DNA from: Prorocentrum cordatum
Lineage: Eukaryota
DNA length: 64,000 nt
NCBI GenBank assembly: GCA_963575745.1
Contig: CAUYUJ010000281.1
Location: 558,001-622,000 of the forward strand
Reading direction: 5' to 3'
Below the pieces are notes generated by a model. That model had not been told where the DNA came from. It saw nothing but the letters and a program-made list of their open reading frames with translations, and ran no database searches. Positions 63,241 through 64,000 of this stretch are shown one piece after another (position 1 is the stretch's first letter; every line of letters starts with the position of its first letter). Both the position numbers and the translations under genes were made by a program.

Positions 63241-63699
63241 CGTGGACAAGTGTTATGTTAGAACAAAAAATTTCACCGCACAGTGTTTTTTACCAGGGAA
63301 CCTCACGGGGGGGGCACCCGCTGGCCTGGGACATTGTGATTTCATACTTAGGATGGACATGTGGTCAGAATCATGTACGATTTACATACCCGAAAGGGGG
63401 ACCGAGGACGCCGGGGGGGGAGAGTCTTTTCAGAGAGGAGAACCAACGGCCGGCAGCGACGAGGCGGCGACGTAGCGGCGACGGCAACAACAAGGCGGTG
63501 GATCCGGCACTGGAGCCCAGACGATGGACCCGACACTGGAGCCCAAACGACGGGCGGCGACGAGGCGGCGACAGGGCGGCAACGGCGCCAACAAGGCAGC
63601 GACAGGGAGCCCAGTTGCTTAGGAAATTAACCTGGCGAAGGGCCCAACCATGTGCAGTTGTGCATGCGATCCTTGCTGGTATCGCCATAGGGGGAATCT

Positions 63700-63970
63700 C
63701 CTCATGGGGCCATGACGCATGCGAAGTGTGTGTGTGTGTGTGTGTGTGCCGATGCGCGGGGCGCTGCTACTGGGGCTTTACGCGGAAACCACTGTTGGGC
63801 CGCGAAGCGTGTGAAGTGTGCCGCAATGAGGCGGGGCAGCCACTGGGGCCTTTCGCGGAGCTCCTGATGAGGCCACGGAGCGCTGTGGTGGGTGGGGGGG
63901 AACACATGCGGACACCGCCACTGGGGCCTTCGATGGAGCTCCCGAAGGGGCCACGAAACGTGGTTCAAGG
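63700..63970. repeat. Degenerate minisatellite of the same family as 49320-49670
   Basis: CACTGGGGCCTT..GGAGCTCC..GGCCACG units. Confidence 0.7.
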
Positions 63971-64000
63971 CTAAGGGTGCGCATGCGAATGCAGCACATG

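Overview
GC-rich, microsatellite-saturated eukaryotic DNA, most consistent with a dinoflagellate genome (inferred from GC/GA splice donors, AG|G exon starts and the retroelement types). Most of the supplied ORFs are artefacts of (GAG/CTC)n, (GAT/CAT)n, (GAC)n and (GA)n tracts. Real content: (1) an apparently intact 5.5-kb non-LTR retrotransposon (3413-8958, minus strand) inserted in a (GAG)n tract with an exact 44-bp target-site duplication. It has a single APE-RT-C2H2 ORF, no upstream ORF1, a second 231-aa ORF nested in another frame behind a splice-acceptor-like signal, and a 5' end resembling the trypanosome Ingi/L1Tc ribozyme signature. (2) A host gene absent from the ORF track as a unit: at least six small exons on the minus strand across about 44 kb (54931 to a stop at 10796). 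(3) Introns filled with decayed copia and LINE remnants, one showing RNase H motifs in permuted order. (4) Many non-autonomous elements, including unrelated TG..CA MITEs with 5-bp TSDs, TA-TSD MITEs, 2-bp-TSD MITEs and satellite-filled Helentron-like elements. No rRNA, tRNA or CRISPR array was recognised. All family assignments come from motif recognition by eye, not from database searches.
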